Origin: Gemmatimonadota bacterium
GTDB taxonomy: Bacteria; Gemmatimonadota; Gemmatimonadetes; Gemmatimonadales; GWC2-71-9
Direction of reading: 5' to 3'
DNA: 64,000 bases
Assembly (NCBI GenBank): GCA_039592335.1
Contig: JBDHBX010000002.1
Coordinates: 6,901 to 70,900 of the forward strand
Shown: in pieces, positions 36,686 through 47,239 of the stretch
Layout of the letters: every line of letters starts with the position of its first letter
Numbering within the stretch: position 1 is the stretch's first letter
Translations under genes and position numbers: made by a program
Notes under the pieces: generated by a model
The model's input: only the letters and a program-made list of their open reading frames with translations
Database searches by the model: none
Told to the model about the DNA's origin: nothing

Positions 36686-37266
36686 ATGGACTCTGCGACC
36701 TGCAAGTCGTCCGGCTCGTTGACATTGAAAAACAGCAGGTCGGGATCGCCGAATCCCATCACCGCATCGAGGGGTAGGGTGCCCACGCGCACCGCCTCGT
36801 GGAAGGTCGTGGTCCGCAGGTCCTCACCCTCGATGCTCGTGCGGATCGGCTCTCCGCAGGCGGGGCCGTACACGGCGCAGAGTGGCTCGACACCCAGTGG
36901 GCCGCCGCTCTCGGGGAGGAACGCGTCGTATCCCTCGGCGCCGTCGAGCAGGGCACGGAGCAGGTCGGTCGATACGAACGGCATGTCCCACGCCACCACG
37001 AGGACGGGTTCCTCGGTTGCAGTGACCGCCGTGTAGATCCCACCGAGGCTGCCGCAGTTGGGGATGACATCGGAAACGGTCTCCAATCCGGGGTACCACC
37101 CCTCGGCGTCGGCGGCGTTGGCGACCAACAGGGGATCGCCTCCCGTCGCCTCGCGCACCGCGCCCACCACGCGATCCAGGATGCGCGCTCCCCCCACCAG
37201 CTCGAGACCCTTGGCGCGTCCCCCGAACCGGCTCGCCGCGCCGCCGGCCAGCACCGCGCTACGCAC
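36664..37266 (-). CDS. mobA: Molybdenum cofactor guanylyltransferase
   Basis: 200 aa. VLAGGAASRFGG N-terminal motif. Overlaps queD and moeA. Confidence 0.85.
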   Translation of the reverse strand: MRSAVLAGGAASRFGGRAKGLELVGGARILDRVVGAVREATGGDPLLVANAADAEGWYPGLETVSDVIPNCGSLGGIYTAVTATEEPVLVVAWDMPFVSTDLLRALLDGAEGYDAFLPESGGPLGVEPLCAVYGPACGEPIRTSIEGEDLRTTTFHEAVRVGTLPLDAVMGFGDPDLLFFNVNEPDDLQVAESMWRNQQA

Positions 37267-37681
37267 CGTCGTACTCGGCGAACAGCCCCGGCTCTTCCTG
37301 CACGCGGACGCGCTCCAACTGCACGCCGTCGGGCAGGCGCCGTGCTATGCGCTGCCAGAGGTACACGGCGAGGCCCTCACAGGTGGGGACCTGCTTGCCA
37401 AAGGCGAACTCGGGAATGTCGTGATTGATGTGCTTGTGATCGAATCGGTCGTGGACCTCTTCCCGCAGCACGCGGTCGAGTTCGTCCAGCCGCACGGCCA
37501 TGCCCGTCTCCTCGTCCAGGGAACCCGCCACCGTGACGTGACACTCCCAGCGGTGGCCGTGGCCGTGCTCGTGGGCACAGGCGCCGAATACCTCGGCGTT
37601 CTTCTTCGCAGACCAGTCGGGCCGGAAGTAGCGGTGCGCGGCGCTGAAGACGACGACACGTGTCAGGCGCACGGTAGACAT
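37259..37681 (-). CDS. queD: 6-carboxytetrahydropterin synthase / 6-pyruvoyl-tetrahydropterin synthase family
   Basis: 140 aa. FSAAHRY...CAHEHGHGHRWECHV and the C-terminal E-containing region are typical of QueD/PTPS. Confidence 0.85.
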   Translation of the reverse strand: MSTVRLTRVVVFSAAHRYFRPDWSAKKNAEVFGACAHEHGHGHRWECHVTVAGSLDEETGMAVRLDELDRVLREEVHDRFDHKHINHDIPEFAFGKQVPTCEGLAVYLWQRIARRLPDGVQLERVRVQEEPGLFAEYDGA

Positions 37682-37701
37682 GCCGGGAATGTAGTGTCGA
37701 A

Positions 37702-38697
37702 TCAGAAGACCCGCACGGCCATTGCCTTGACGGTGAGCACGACCTCCGAGCCGAGTTCGATGCCGAGCTCCTCCAGCGCGCGTGGGGTGATGCGCGCCGC
37801 CAGATCCACGCCCACATCCACCATGAGCGAGACGCCCCCGCGTCCGTCGTCACCGATCCGCTTGACCTTGCCCCGAAACTCGTTGCGCGCGCTGGAGCGC
37901 AGCGGCTCGAGACTCACCAGGATCTCGTCGGCCGGGACCGCGATGGTCGAGGGGCCCGACTTGTCCGTCACGACCTGCACCTGGAGCGGCCCGACGCGCA
38001 CCGTCTTGGTCCCGCTGCCGTCGGGCACGTCGGTGCGGAACAGGTTCTCGGGAGTGACGCGACTCGCTTCTCCTTCGGCCAGGGCGACCAGGCGGTCCGA
38101 CCAGCGATAGGCGTCCTCCAGTTGGTGCGACGCGAGACAGAGGGTAGTTCCCTGCGCCCGCTCCTCCTCGAGCACCTGGTAGAGTTGTGCGGTTGCGGCT
38201 CGGTCGGTGACTCCGGCCGGCTCGTCCAACAGCAGCACGGAGGGCTTGAGGGCGAGTGCCCGGGCCACGGCGACGCGCTGGGTCTCACCCGCGCTCAGCT
38301 CACGCGCCGGCCGCTCGGCGAGGTGCGAGACCTGCAGCCGCTCGAGCGCGGCCTGCGCGCACCGCGCCGCCGGCTCGCCCCGCACGCCGTGCAGCGCGAG
38401 GGCGTACAGCAGGTTGCGCCGCACGTTGCCGGAAAAGAGGTAGGGGTGCTGCTCCACCATGGTGACCCGGCGCCGGGCAGCCTGACGCTCTCGCCGTCCC
38501 ACGACGAGACCTCCGTCCAGGAGGATGGCTCCTGTGCGGGGCCGCTCCAGGAAAGCCAGAAGGCGGAGCAGCGTACTCTTGCCCGAGCCGTTGGGACCGA
38601 CCAGCGCGGTGACCGTGCCGCGTTCCAGCTCGAACGCGTCGATGCTCAGCACCGTGCGCCCCGCGTAGGCGTGCTCGATGCCCAGTGCCTCAAGCAT
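37702..38697 (-). CDS. ABC transporter ATP-binding protein with C-terminal Mop/TOBE domain (molybdate/tungstate type)
   Basis: Walker A GPNGSGKST, signature LSAGETQR, Walker B LLLDEP. C-terminal SARNEFRGKVKRI...LAARITPRALEELGIELGSEVVLTVKAMAVRVF is a TOBE domain. ATG 38697 overlaps the permease stop by 8 nt. Confidence 0.85.
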   Translation of the reverse strand: MLEALGIEHAYAGRTVLSIDAFELERGTVTALVGPNGSGKSTLLRLLAFLERPRTGAILLDGGLVVGRRERQAARRRVTMVEQHPYLFSGNVRRNLLYALALHGVRGEPAARCAQAALERLQVSHLAERPARELSAGETQRVAVARALALKPSVLLLDEPAGVTDRAATAQLYQVLEEERAQGTTLCLASHQLEDAYRWSDRLVALAEGEASRVTPENLFRTDVPDGSGTKTVRVGPLQVQVVTDKSGPSTIAVPADEILVSLEPLRSSARNEFRGKVKRIGDDGRGGVSLMVDVGVDLAARITPRALEELGIELGSEVVLTVKAMAVRVF

Positions 38698-39385
38698 CGC
38701 CCCGCCCCTGGAAGAGCTGTAACAGCACGTTGACCGTGAGCGCCAGCGCAAGCAGCACCAGGCCGAGTGCCATGGCGAGGGCAAAATCCCCCTGCGACGT
38801 CGCCAGGGCGACCGCCGTCGTGAGGGTCCGACTGTAGTGCCGGATGTTGCCCCCCACGATCATGGCCGCTCCGACCTCCGCCAAGACGCGGCCGAACGCC
38901 ACGACGACGGCGGCAAGCAGGGCGAAGCGTGCGGCCCGCGCCACCGAGAGGTGGACGCGCAACGGGCTCGCCCCGAGCGTGAGCGCCGTGCGCCGCACCC
39001 GGGGGTCGATGCCCTGGACGGCGGCCGCGGTAAGCGCAGCGGCGATCGGCGCCGCGAGCACGACCTCCGCGATGACGATTGCCCACCACGTGTACAACAG
39101 CTCGGCGCCGCCGAACGGACCGCGGCGAGCCAGTAGTCCCCAGATGAGCACGCCCACCACGACCGTGGGGAACGCGAGCATCGTGTTGAGTACGGTGATC
39201 GCGGCACGCCGACCCCAGAACCGGGTGGTGCCCACGACGAAGCCCACGGGCACACCGATGCCGCAGGCCAGGACGGTCGAGATCAGTGCAACCCTGATCG
39301 AGAGGAGGGTGATGTCGAAGATTTCGGCGTCACCGCCCAGGATCAGCTCGACGCCGCGCCGCAGGCCGTCCGCGAAGAAGTCCAA
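38690..39385 (-). CDS. ABC transporter permease, TupB-like (tungstate/molybdate-type)
   Basis: 231 aa with 5-6 TM segments. FGRVLAEVGAAMIVGGNIRHYSRTLTTAVALATSQGDFALAMALG resembles TupB-type permeases. Confidence 0.7.
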   Translation of the reverse strand: MDFFADGLRRGVELILGGDAEIFDITLLSIRVALISTVLACGIGVPVGFVVGTTRFWGRRAAITVLNTMLAFPTVVVGVLIWGLLARRGPFGGAELLYTWWAIVIAEVVLAAPIAAALTAAAVQGIDPRVRRTALTLGASPLRVHLSVARAARFALLAAVVVAFGRVLAEVGAAMIVGGNIRHYSRTLTTAVALATSQGDFALAMALGLVLLALALTVNVLLQLFQGRGDA

Positions 39386-39391
39386 GTGCGG

Positions 39392-40099
39392 TTAGGAGAT
39401 GGTGTACCCCAGTACGCCGAGGAACCAGAAGTTGTGCGTCCACTGGCTCACGCCCTGGGTGAGGGGATTGAGCACGGGCGGCTGGCCCGTTGCAGGCGCC
39501 TCGAAAAAGGCGTTGGGGTACTTGAGCTGCCAGATCATGTCCCGCGCTTCGATGCGCAGGGAGAGGCGGTTCCCCAAGTGCCAGCGGATGCCGGCCCAGG
39601 GTGCGATCACGAATTTCGTGTCGTACGAGAAGCCGGCCATCACGGAGTCCTCCGGCACGTTGCCGCCGAACGCCAGGCCCATGGACGCGCCGATGAAGGG
39701 GACCAGGCCGTGCCACGTCTTGTGGCCGGTGAAGTGGAGACCGATCCCTCCCATCACGTAGATGATGGACTGCTTCACCGTGCCCAGCTCCCGCTCGTCG
39801 GGCAGCAGAGTGGGATTGATGATCAACCGGTCGAGACTGGCGTAGAGCGCTTCGAAGCCGACGTTGGCCGGCCCGGACAGGTGGATGTCCAGGCGCGCTC
39901 CACCGAATGGGCCGTCGGACGGTCCCACTCCGGCACTCCCACCGGAGCCACTGGCGTATCCTCCCTCGACCCCGAGAATGAACTTGCCGAAGACGTCACG
40001 GTACGGAGAGGAGTCCGGGTCGTGGCCGACCTGGGCGACCCCCGTCGTAGGCCAGAGGAAGAGCAGGGCGACCGTCGCCGCCCCGATGAGGTGTTTCAT
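39392..40099 (-). CDS. Putative outer-membrane beta-barrel protein
   Basis: Signal peptide MKHLIGAATVALLFLWPTTGVAQ. Gly-rich alternating amphipathic strands (FILGVEGGYASG, IIYVMGGIGLHFTG, WAGIRWHLGNRLSLRIEARD). ATG 40099 has GGAG upstream. Confidence 0.55.
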   Translation of the reverse strand: MKHLIGAATVALLFLWPTTGVAQVGHDPDSSPYRDVFGKFILGVEGGYASGSGGSAGVGPSDGPFGGARLDIHLSGPANVGFEALYASLDRLIINPTLLPDERELGTVKQSIIYVMGGIGLHFTGHKTWHGLVPFIGASMGLAFGGNVPEDSVMAGFSYDTKFVIAPWAGIRWHLGNRLSLRIEARDMIWQLKYPNAFFEAPATGQPPVLNPLTQGVSQWTHNFWFLGVLGYTIS

Positions 40100-40116
40100 G
40101 CTGCTCCGGTGGTAAA

Positions 40117-40146
40117 TTGACATGGAACCTGGGTATCCCCTACAAT
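40117..40146 (+). promoter_or_regulatory. Candidate sigma-70-type promoter, TTGACA-N18-TACAAT
   Basis: TTGACA at 40117-40122 and TACAAT at 40141-40146, 16 nt upstream of ATG 40163. It lies in the 63-nt divergent intergenic region. This implies a very short leader without an obvious SD. Confidence 0.4.
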
Positions 40147-40162
40147 CCTCTCGGTTACGAGA

Positions 40163-41179
40163 ATGAGGCAATCTAGCCCCCTCCTCCGAGCGCTACCACC
40201 CTGCGGGGTCCCGTTCTTCCTCGTGGTCTGGGCTGCCGTTGCGCCGCTCAGCGCACAGCAGGACTACCGGGTGATCCAGACCGAGAACTTCCGGCGTGAA
40301 CCGTCGGGCCGGGCGGTGCTGCTGGCCACCGTGAACGCCGGTGTGGAGCTGGCCGGGGACAGCGTGCGCGGCGAATGGGTGGCCGTCACCCTGGAAGGGT
40401 GGATCTGGGCGCGATCCACCGCGTCGGGCGAAGCGCAGGGGTACGACCTGCGCGTCACGGCGGACAATGGCGAGAACCTGCGGGCGGCACCGAACGGGAG
40501 GGTCGTGGCGCGCCTCGCCGCCGGCTGCCTCCTCGACGAGGTCGAGCGCCAGCCGGGATGGATCCGGGTGAGGCGCAGTGCCTGGATGTGGGGGAACTCC
40601 CTGCAGCGGGTCGGGGCTCCGGCTGCGGCCTCCAGCGCACTCCCACCCGTGGATCGGGACGCCGTGGGGCTGGACTGGGCGGTCACCGCGACCGAGGCCA
40701 GGCTGCACCGGACGCCCGATGGCGCGCCGACAGGCTCGCTGGGAGCCGATGCCTCCGTGCGGATCATCGCGCGCTCGGGCGAGTGGGTGCGGGTCCAGGC
40801 GGAGGGGTGGATTCGCGAGAGCGATCTGCGCCCGTCCTCCCCCGGTGTGCTCGTGGGGGTGAGCGGCGCCGAGGTGCGCTCGCAGCCGCAGGAGTTCGAA
40901 GGGAAACTCGTACAGTGGACCGTCGAGTACATCGCGATCCAACGTGCCGACGAGTTGCGTCGGGAGATACCGGAGGGGCAGCGGTATATGCTGGCGCGCG
41001 GTCCTCTGCCCGAAGCGGGCTTCGTGTACGTCGTGCTGGATGGCGAGCAGCTCTTGGAGATGGAGCGCCTGGAGCCGCTCACCGAGCTCGTGATCATCGG
41101 CAGGGTGCGTACGGCCCGGTCCCAGTACCTGGGCAACCCGGTCCTCGACCTGGTGGACTCAGCCGTCAAGCGGGAATGA
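40163..41179 (+). CDS. Secreted protein with three SH3b-like repeats
   Basis: 338 aa with a signal peptide ending APLSAQQ. Three segments follow the pattern ...R..P.G......G....(V/I)....GEWV.V...GWI... Confidence 0.6.
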   Translation: MRQSSPLLRALPPCGVPFFLVVWAAVAPLSAQQDYRVIQTENFRREPSGRAVLLATVNAGVELAGDSVRGEWVAVTLEGWIWARSTASGEAQGYDLRVTADNGENLRAAPNGRVVARLAAGCLLDEVERQPGWIRVRRSAWMWGNSLQRVGAPAAASSALPPVDRDAVGLDWAVTATEARLHRTPDGAPTGSLGADASVRIIARSGEWVRVQAEGWIRESDLRPSSPGVLVGVSGAEVRSQPQEFEGKLVQWTVEYIAIQRADELRREIPEGQRYMLARGPLPEAGFVYVVLDGEQLLEMERLEPLTELVIIGRVRTARSQYLGNPVLDLVDSAVKRE

Positions 41180-41189
41180 GGTCGCAGTC

Positions 41190-41537
41190 ATGAACGAGAA
41201 CCTGAAGACGAAGATCAGCCGCCGGCTGGACGATCTCTCCGACGAGATGGGTCGGCAGATCCTGGACTACATGGAGTTCCTGGATTCCCGGTACAACCTG
41301 AGCCGGCGTGCTCCCTCCACCGTCCAGCGCATCGCCGAGGGGATCGAGGACAAGATCGGGAGCGTCCGGTTGGCCGACGTCGCCGCCAAGAGCACCGCTC
41401 AAGTGGTGGACGCCGCCGCCAGTGTCATCGAGGGATTGACGGCCGCCGGCCGGGTGGTCGCCGACGAGCTGGCGACGCCGGTGCCCAAGGCAAAGGAGGA
41501 GGAGGAAGAAGAGGAGGGGCCGCCGACCGACGCTTGA
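41190..41537 (+). CDS. Hypothetical protein with DUF2281-like N-terminus and poly-Glu tail
   Basis: 115 aa with coding-like GC3. LDDLSDEMGRQILDYMEFLDSRY, and C-terminal KAKEEEEEEEGPPTDA. Confidence 0.55.
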   Translation: MNENLKTKISRRLDDLSDEMGRQILDYMEFLDSRYNLSRRAPSTVQRIAEGIEDKIGSVRLADVAAKSTAQVVDAAASVIEGLTAAGRVVADELATPVPKAKEEEEEEEGPPTDA

Positions 41538-41541
41538 CCTG

Positions 41542-41557
41542 CGCGCACGGGCGCGCG
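41542..41557 (+). terminator. Short GC hairpin just after the 41190..41537 stop
   Basis: GCGCGC-ACGG-GCGCGC at 41542-41557. There is no clear U tract. Confidence 0.25.
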
Positions 41558-41585
41558 TAACTTCCTTCATGGAACAGGTAACTGA

Positions 41586-43106
<1,521 letters not shown>

Positions 43107-43135
43107 CCGCCCCGCCGTCGCCGGGAAAGGGAAAA

Positions 43136-43161
43136 GGGCAGGGTACGGTCGTTCCCTGCCC
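43136..43161. terminator. Hairpin between convergent guaB and the AGCS symporter gene
   Basis: GGGCAGGG (43136-43143) pairs with CCCTGCCC (43154-43161) around a 10-nt loop. A pyrimidine/T-rich tract (CTTCTCTT) follows. Confidence 0.4.
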
Positions 43162-43181
43162 CTTCTCTTGCGTTCCCCTGC

Positions 43182-44924
43182 CTAACCTCTTCCCGCCCTC
43201 TTTTCCCTGAGATACCTGAGCCGCGCCTCGCGATTCTCGACCCACGGCCTGCGCTGGAAGTAGCTCCTGGTGAGCTCCACCACCTTGGGTGCGAGCAGCA
43301 GCAACGCCAGGAGGTTCGGCAGGATCACAATTCCCAGGAAGACATCGCCCAGGGTCCATGCCACCGAGAGCGACAGTACGGAACCCACGAAGTGCATGGT
43401 GACGAAGGCGAACTTGTAGGGAAGCACCGCCGAGTGGCCGAACAGGTAGTTGGCGCAGCGGTCGCCGTAGTAGCTCCACGCGATGGCAGTGGAGACGGCG
43501 AACAGCAGCACGCTCACCACCACTATGAACTTCCCGAAGGTGCCGGGGAGCCCCCGCTCGAACGCGAGCATGGTGAGCGGCGCACCGCTCTCCACGGCGT
43601 CGGCGTACAGCGAGGTGAACGTCGCCCCGTCCGCGGCGATCGCGACCGCGCTGTCGGCCAGAACGGTACCCGTGAACGGCTGCGTCTGGTCGGGATCCAC
43701 GTACAGCGCCTCGACGGGGACCTCGTGCCAGGCCACCTGCGCGCCCGTCGCCTCCGTATGGCGGCCGTCTTCCAGAGTGATCGTCCCGGCATCCTGCACG
43801 CTGGTGTAGTTGCCGTTCTCCTGCTGCAACAGGTACGAGATGTCGCCGCCGCCCAGCGTGATCTCCGTGGGAATCCGGGCGGACCAGACACCGGTCATGA
43901 TGATGACCAGGCCCGTCATCGTGCAGATCACGATCGTGTCGATGAACGGCTCCACCAGCGCGACGACACCCTCGGAGACCGGCTCGTCGGTCTTGGCGGC
44001 CGCGTGCGCGATCGGTGCCGAGCCCTGGCCCGCCTCGTTGGAGAAGAGCCCCCGCTTCACGCCCCACATCATCGTGAGCAGGAAGACGCCCACCCCGGTG
44101 CCGGCCACGCCGGCGGTCGGGTTGAAGGCCTCGCGGAAGATGAGGGCGAACGTGGGAACGATCTCGCCCACGTTGAGCAGGATGATGACAAGCGCGCCGG
44201 CCACGTAGATCGCCGCCATGGCCGGTGCGAGAATGCTGGTCACCCTCCCGATCCGGGTGATGCCCCCGATGATCACCAGCGCCACGACGGTCGCCGTCAA
44301 CAGGCCGGTGATCCACACGGGGATCCCCACGACCGTGTTCATCGTGTCGGCGACCGTGTTGGCCTGGATGGCGTTGCCGGTGAGGAATGCCGTCGTCCCC
44401 AGCATCACCGCGAAGAACACCGCGAGCGGTTTCCACGCGGGCCCCAGCCCGCGCTCGATGTAGTACATGGGCCCGCCGGAGACCGACCCTTCCCACTTGC
44501 GCGGGTCGGTATCCACCTTCTCGACCGTTCGGTAGTGCTGCGCGAGCGTGACCTCGGAGAACTTGGTGGCCATGCCCACGAGCGCCGTCATCCACATCCA
44601 AAACAACGCGCCTGGGCCGCCCCAGTGAATGGCCAGTGCCACACCGGCGATGTTGCCGATCCCGACCGTGGCCGAGAGGGCGGTGGTCAGGGCCTGGAAG
44701 TGGGAGACGTCCCCCGGCTCGGCGGGGTCGTCGTAGTAGCCCGAGGTGACCCTGAAGCCGTGTCCCAGCTTGCGCAGCTGCAGGAACCCCAGCCGCACCG
44801 TGAGGAAGATCCCGGTGCCCAGGAGCGCGACCACCACCCAGGGGATCTCCTCCCCCCGGAACGGGATCCCGCGGTCCCAGATGTACTCGGACGCGGTCGT
44901 GACGATTCTCTCGAGCAGTTCCAT
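43182..44924 (-). CDS. Alanine/glycine:cation symporter (AGCS) family transporter with a long extracytoplasmic insertion
   Basis: 580 aa. SHFQALTTALSATVGIGNIAGVA and GLFSNEAGQGSAPIAHAAAKT are AGCS signatures. An insertion of about 100 aa lies between TM helices (aa about 350-447). Confidence 0.85.
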   Translation of the reverse strand: MELLERIVTTASEYIWDRGIPFRGEEIPWVVVALLGTGIFLTVRLGFLQLRKLGHGFRVTSGYYDDPAEPGDVSHFQALTTALSATVGIGNIAGVALAIHWGGPGALFWMWMTALVGMATKFSEVTLAQHYRTVEKVDTDPRKWEGSVSGGPMYYIERGLGPAWKPLAVFFAVMLGTTAFLTGNAIQANTVADTMNTVVGIPVWITGLLTATVVALVIIGGITRIGRVTSILAPAMAAIYVAGALVIILLNVGEIVPTFALIFREAFNPTAGVAGTGVGVFLLTMMWGVKRGLFSNEAGQGSAPIAHAAAKTDEPVSEGVVALVEPFIDTIVICTMTGLVIIMTGVWSARIPTEITLGGGDISYLLQQENGNYTSVQDAGTITLEDGRHTEATGAQVAWHEVPVEALYVDPDQTQPFTGTVLADSAVAIAADGATFTSLYADAVESGAPLTMLAFERGLPGTFGKFIVVVSVLLFAVSTAIAWSYYGDRCANYLFGHSAVLPYKFAFVTMHFVGSVLSLSVAWTLGDVFLGIVILPNLLALLLLAPKVVELTRSYFQRRPWVENREARLRYLREKRAGRG

Positions 44925-45019
44925 GCGTGTCTTCTGGTGGATGAAGGGTCACAAGATGGGCCTACCGGTGGCGGCGGGGCAAGGCCCAAGTCGGCAAGTG
45001 TGATTACATTGGTACGCGC

Positions 45020-46075
45020 ATGGCATCAGCCAGGAAGTCCTCGGCGAAGAAGTCCACTCCGTCCCGCGGTGTTCGGGTTCCCGAGGCGCGGCGCCGGGCG
45101 GCGAAGCAGGTGCTCAAGCTGTTTGAGCCCGGGATGCGGGTGGCCCTGACCACCCACGTCAACGCCGACGGCGACGGGGCCGGCAGCGAGGTGGCCCTGT
45201 GGCACCTTCTCACGCGGCGCGGCGTCCGCGCGGCGATCACCAATCCCACGCCGTTTCCCGAGCGGTTCGGCTTCCTGATGGACATGGCGTCCGGTGCCGA
45301 CAAGTCGCCGGCGGGCGTCAAGCATCTGGAGCGGGCCGATGCTATCGTGGTGCTCGACATCGCCGACCTCGATCGCTTGGGGCACCTGGCGCGCGTGGTC
45401 GACAAAGTGAAGGTGCCGGTGGCGTGCATCGACCACCATGTGAGCGACGGCACCCTCCCTCCCGGCCCGCGGCTCGTGGACCCGGCGGCGTGCGCCACTG
45501 GCGAGCTGGTGTACGATCTGGCCCGGTCGGCCCGCTGGGAGCTCACGCCCGAGGCGGCGCGCGCACTTTACGTCGCAGTGTTGACCGACACAGGGGGGTT
45601 CCGCTTCAGCAACACGTCACCGCGCACGCTCCAGGTAGCGGCGCACCTGCTGGAGCGGGGCCTGGACGCGGAGCAGATCTATCGTGAGGTCTATGCGTCC
45701 GAGCCCGAGGGGAAGATCCGGTTGCTCGGCGAAGTGCTCGAGACCCTCGTGGTCGAATCGGAGCACCAGTTGGCGTGGGTGACGGTGCCACCGGGCGCCA
45801 TGAAGCGGCACCGCATCGAGGCGTCCGACCTGGACGGCATTGTGGAGTTCGCACGGGCTGTGCGCGGCGTGCACCTCGCCATCCTGTTCCGCGAGCTCGC
45901 CAACGGTCGCATCAAGGTGTCGTTCCGCTCGGTCGGTGACGTGGACGTGGCCCGCATGGCGGAGTCGTTCGGCGGGGGCGGCCACCGCAGAGCGGCGGGC
46001 GCCTCGCTCGAAGGGACGCTAGATGAAGTGCAGACCCGCGTGCTCGACGCGGCGCGTTCGGTTGCTCGGCCCTGA
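45020..46075 (+). CDS. nrnA: DHH family phosphoesterase (NrnA-like oligoribonuclease/pAp phosphatase)
   Basis: HVNADGDGAGS, DHH (CIDHHVS) and GGGGHRRAAG (DHHA1) motifs. Confidence 0.8.
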   Translation: MASARKSSAKKSTPSRGVRVPEARRRAAKQVLKLFEPGMRVALTTHVNADGDGAGSEVALWHLLTRRGVRAAITNPTPFPERFGFLMDMASGADKSPAGVKHLERADAIVVLDIADLDRLGHLARVVDKVKVPVACIDHHVSDGTLPPGPRLVDPAACATGELVYDLARSARWELTPEAARALYVAVLTDTGGFRFSNTSPRTLQVAAHLLERGLDAEQIYREVYASEPEGKIRLLGEVLETLVVESEHQLAWVTVPPGAMKRHRIEASDLDGIVEFARAVRGVHLAILFRELANGRIKVSFRSVGDVDVARMAESFGGGGHRRAAGASLEGTLDEVQTRVLDAARSVARP

Positions 46076-46099
46076 CGACCCCTCTATCATTCCTCGACC

Positions 46100-47209
46100 A
46101 TGTCCAAGAAACTCGATGCGCTCGTCGCGGGCGCGCTGACCAGCGTTCGCAACCCTCGCGTGGACAACGACGTGATCTCGGCGGGGATGGTGCAGGACCT
46201 CGCCATCGACAAGCACGGAGGCGTCACGCTCACGTTCCTGCTCACACACGACGATCCCGCGAGTCTGGTCCGGGAGGCACGGAAGGCGGTGCAGGCGGTG
46301 GAAGGCGTGACGGACGTGAAGATCGAGGTCCTGGAGCCCGCCAAGGGTGACGCCGCGAGCCCCGGTCCTGCTCCGGCTCCCGGCACCGCGCCGGCCGCTG
46401 CGGCTCCGCAGCAGGCGGTGGAGATCCCCGGGCTCGGCTCGGTCATCGCGGTGTCCAGCGGCAAGGGGGGCGTGGGGAAGTCCACCGTTGCCGCCAACAT
46501 CGCGGCGGAGCTGGCGCGCGCGGGCCGCCGGGTGGGCATCATGGACGCCGATATCTACGGTCCCAACATCCCGCGACTGTTCGGAATCGACGAGCGCCCG
46601 CCGGTGCGCGACCAGCGTATCCTGCCGCTCGAGAAGTACGGCGTAAAGCTCATCTCGCTCGGCTTCCTGGTCGAGCGGGACATGCCCGCGATCTGGCGGG
46701 GCCCCATCGTCACCAAGATCATCCACCAGTTCCTGCGGGATGTGGAGTGGGGCGAGCTGGACTACTTCCTGGTGGACCTGCCCCCCGGAACGGGTGACGC
46801 GCAGCTTTCGCTCGCGCAGGCCGTGTTCATGAAGGGCGGGATCATCGTCACCACGCCGCAGGAGATGGCGGCCGGCGATGCGCTGCGCGGTGCCAAGATG
46901 TTCGAGCGCGTGGGCGTGCCGGTGCTCGGCGTGGTGGAGAACATGAGTTACTTCGAGTGTCCGCACTGCGGCGACCGCAGCGAGGTGTTCTCGGGCGGCG
47001 GTGGGCAACGCCTCGCGGAGGAGCTGGATGTACCGCTCCTGGGTCAGGTTCCTTTACAGCCGGGAATGACGGCGGAGCAGGACGAGGGGATGCCGGTGGT
47101 GGTCGGGAAGCCCGACTCACCGGCGGGCAAGGCACTGGCCGCGATCGCCAAGGAAGTGGCCGACCGGGCCGGCGGGAGGAGCATCTCGCTGCCGATCGTG
47201 ACTGGCTAG
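46100..47209 (+). CDS. apbC: Mrp/NBP35 family iron-sulfur cluster carrier ATPase
   Basis: N-terminal DUF59-like region. SGKGGVGKSTVAANIA P-loop. CPHCG motif. Confidence 0.9.
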   Translation: MSKKLDALVAGALTSVRNPRVDNDVISAGMVQDLAIDKHGGVTLTFLLTHDDPASLVREARKAVQAVEGVTDVKIEVLEPAKGDAASPGPAPAPGTAPAAAAPQQAVEIPGLGSVIAVSSGKGGVGKSTVAANIAAELARAGRRVGIMDADIYGPNIPRLFGIDERPPVRDQRILPLEKYGVKLISLGFLVERDMPAIWRGPIVTKIIHQFLRDVEWGELDYFLVDLPPGTGDAQLSLAQAVFMKGGIIVTTPQEMAAGDALRGAKMFERVGVPVLGVVENMSYFECPHCGDRSEVFSGGGGQRLAEELDVPLLGQVPLQPGMTAEQDEGMPVVVGKPDSPAGKALAAIAKEVADRAGGRSISLPIVTG

Positions 47210-47239
47210 CCCGCCCACCCGCGGGCGTCGCGAGCTCCG

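Noticed and set aside
41490-41525. GAGGAGGAGGAAGAAGAGGAGG purine-rich tract.
   Set aside because: It is the in-frame poly-Glu tail (EEEEEEE) of the 115-aa protein, not a regulatory or repeat element.
44925-45019. Divergent intergenic region between the AGCS gene and the nrnA-like gene, examined for promoters or riboswitches (TACATT at about 45005).
   Set aside because: There is only a weak -10-like hexamer without a matching -35, and no convincing secondary structure.
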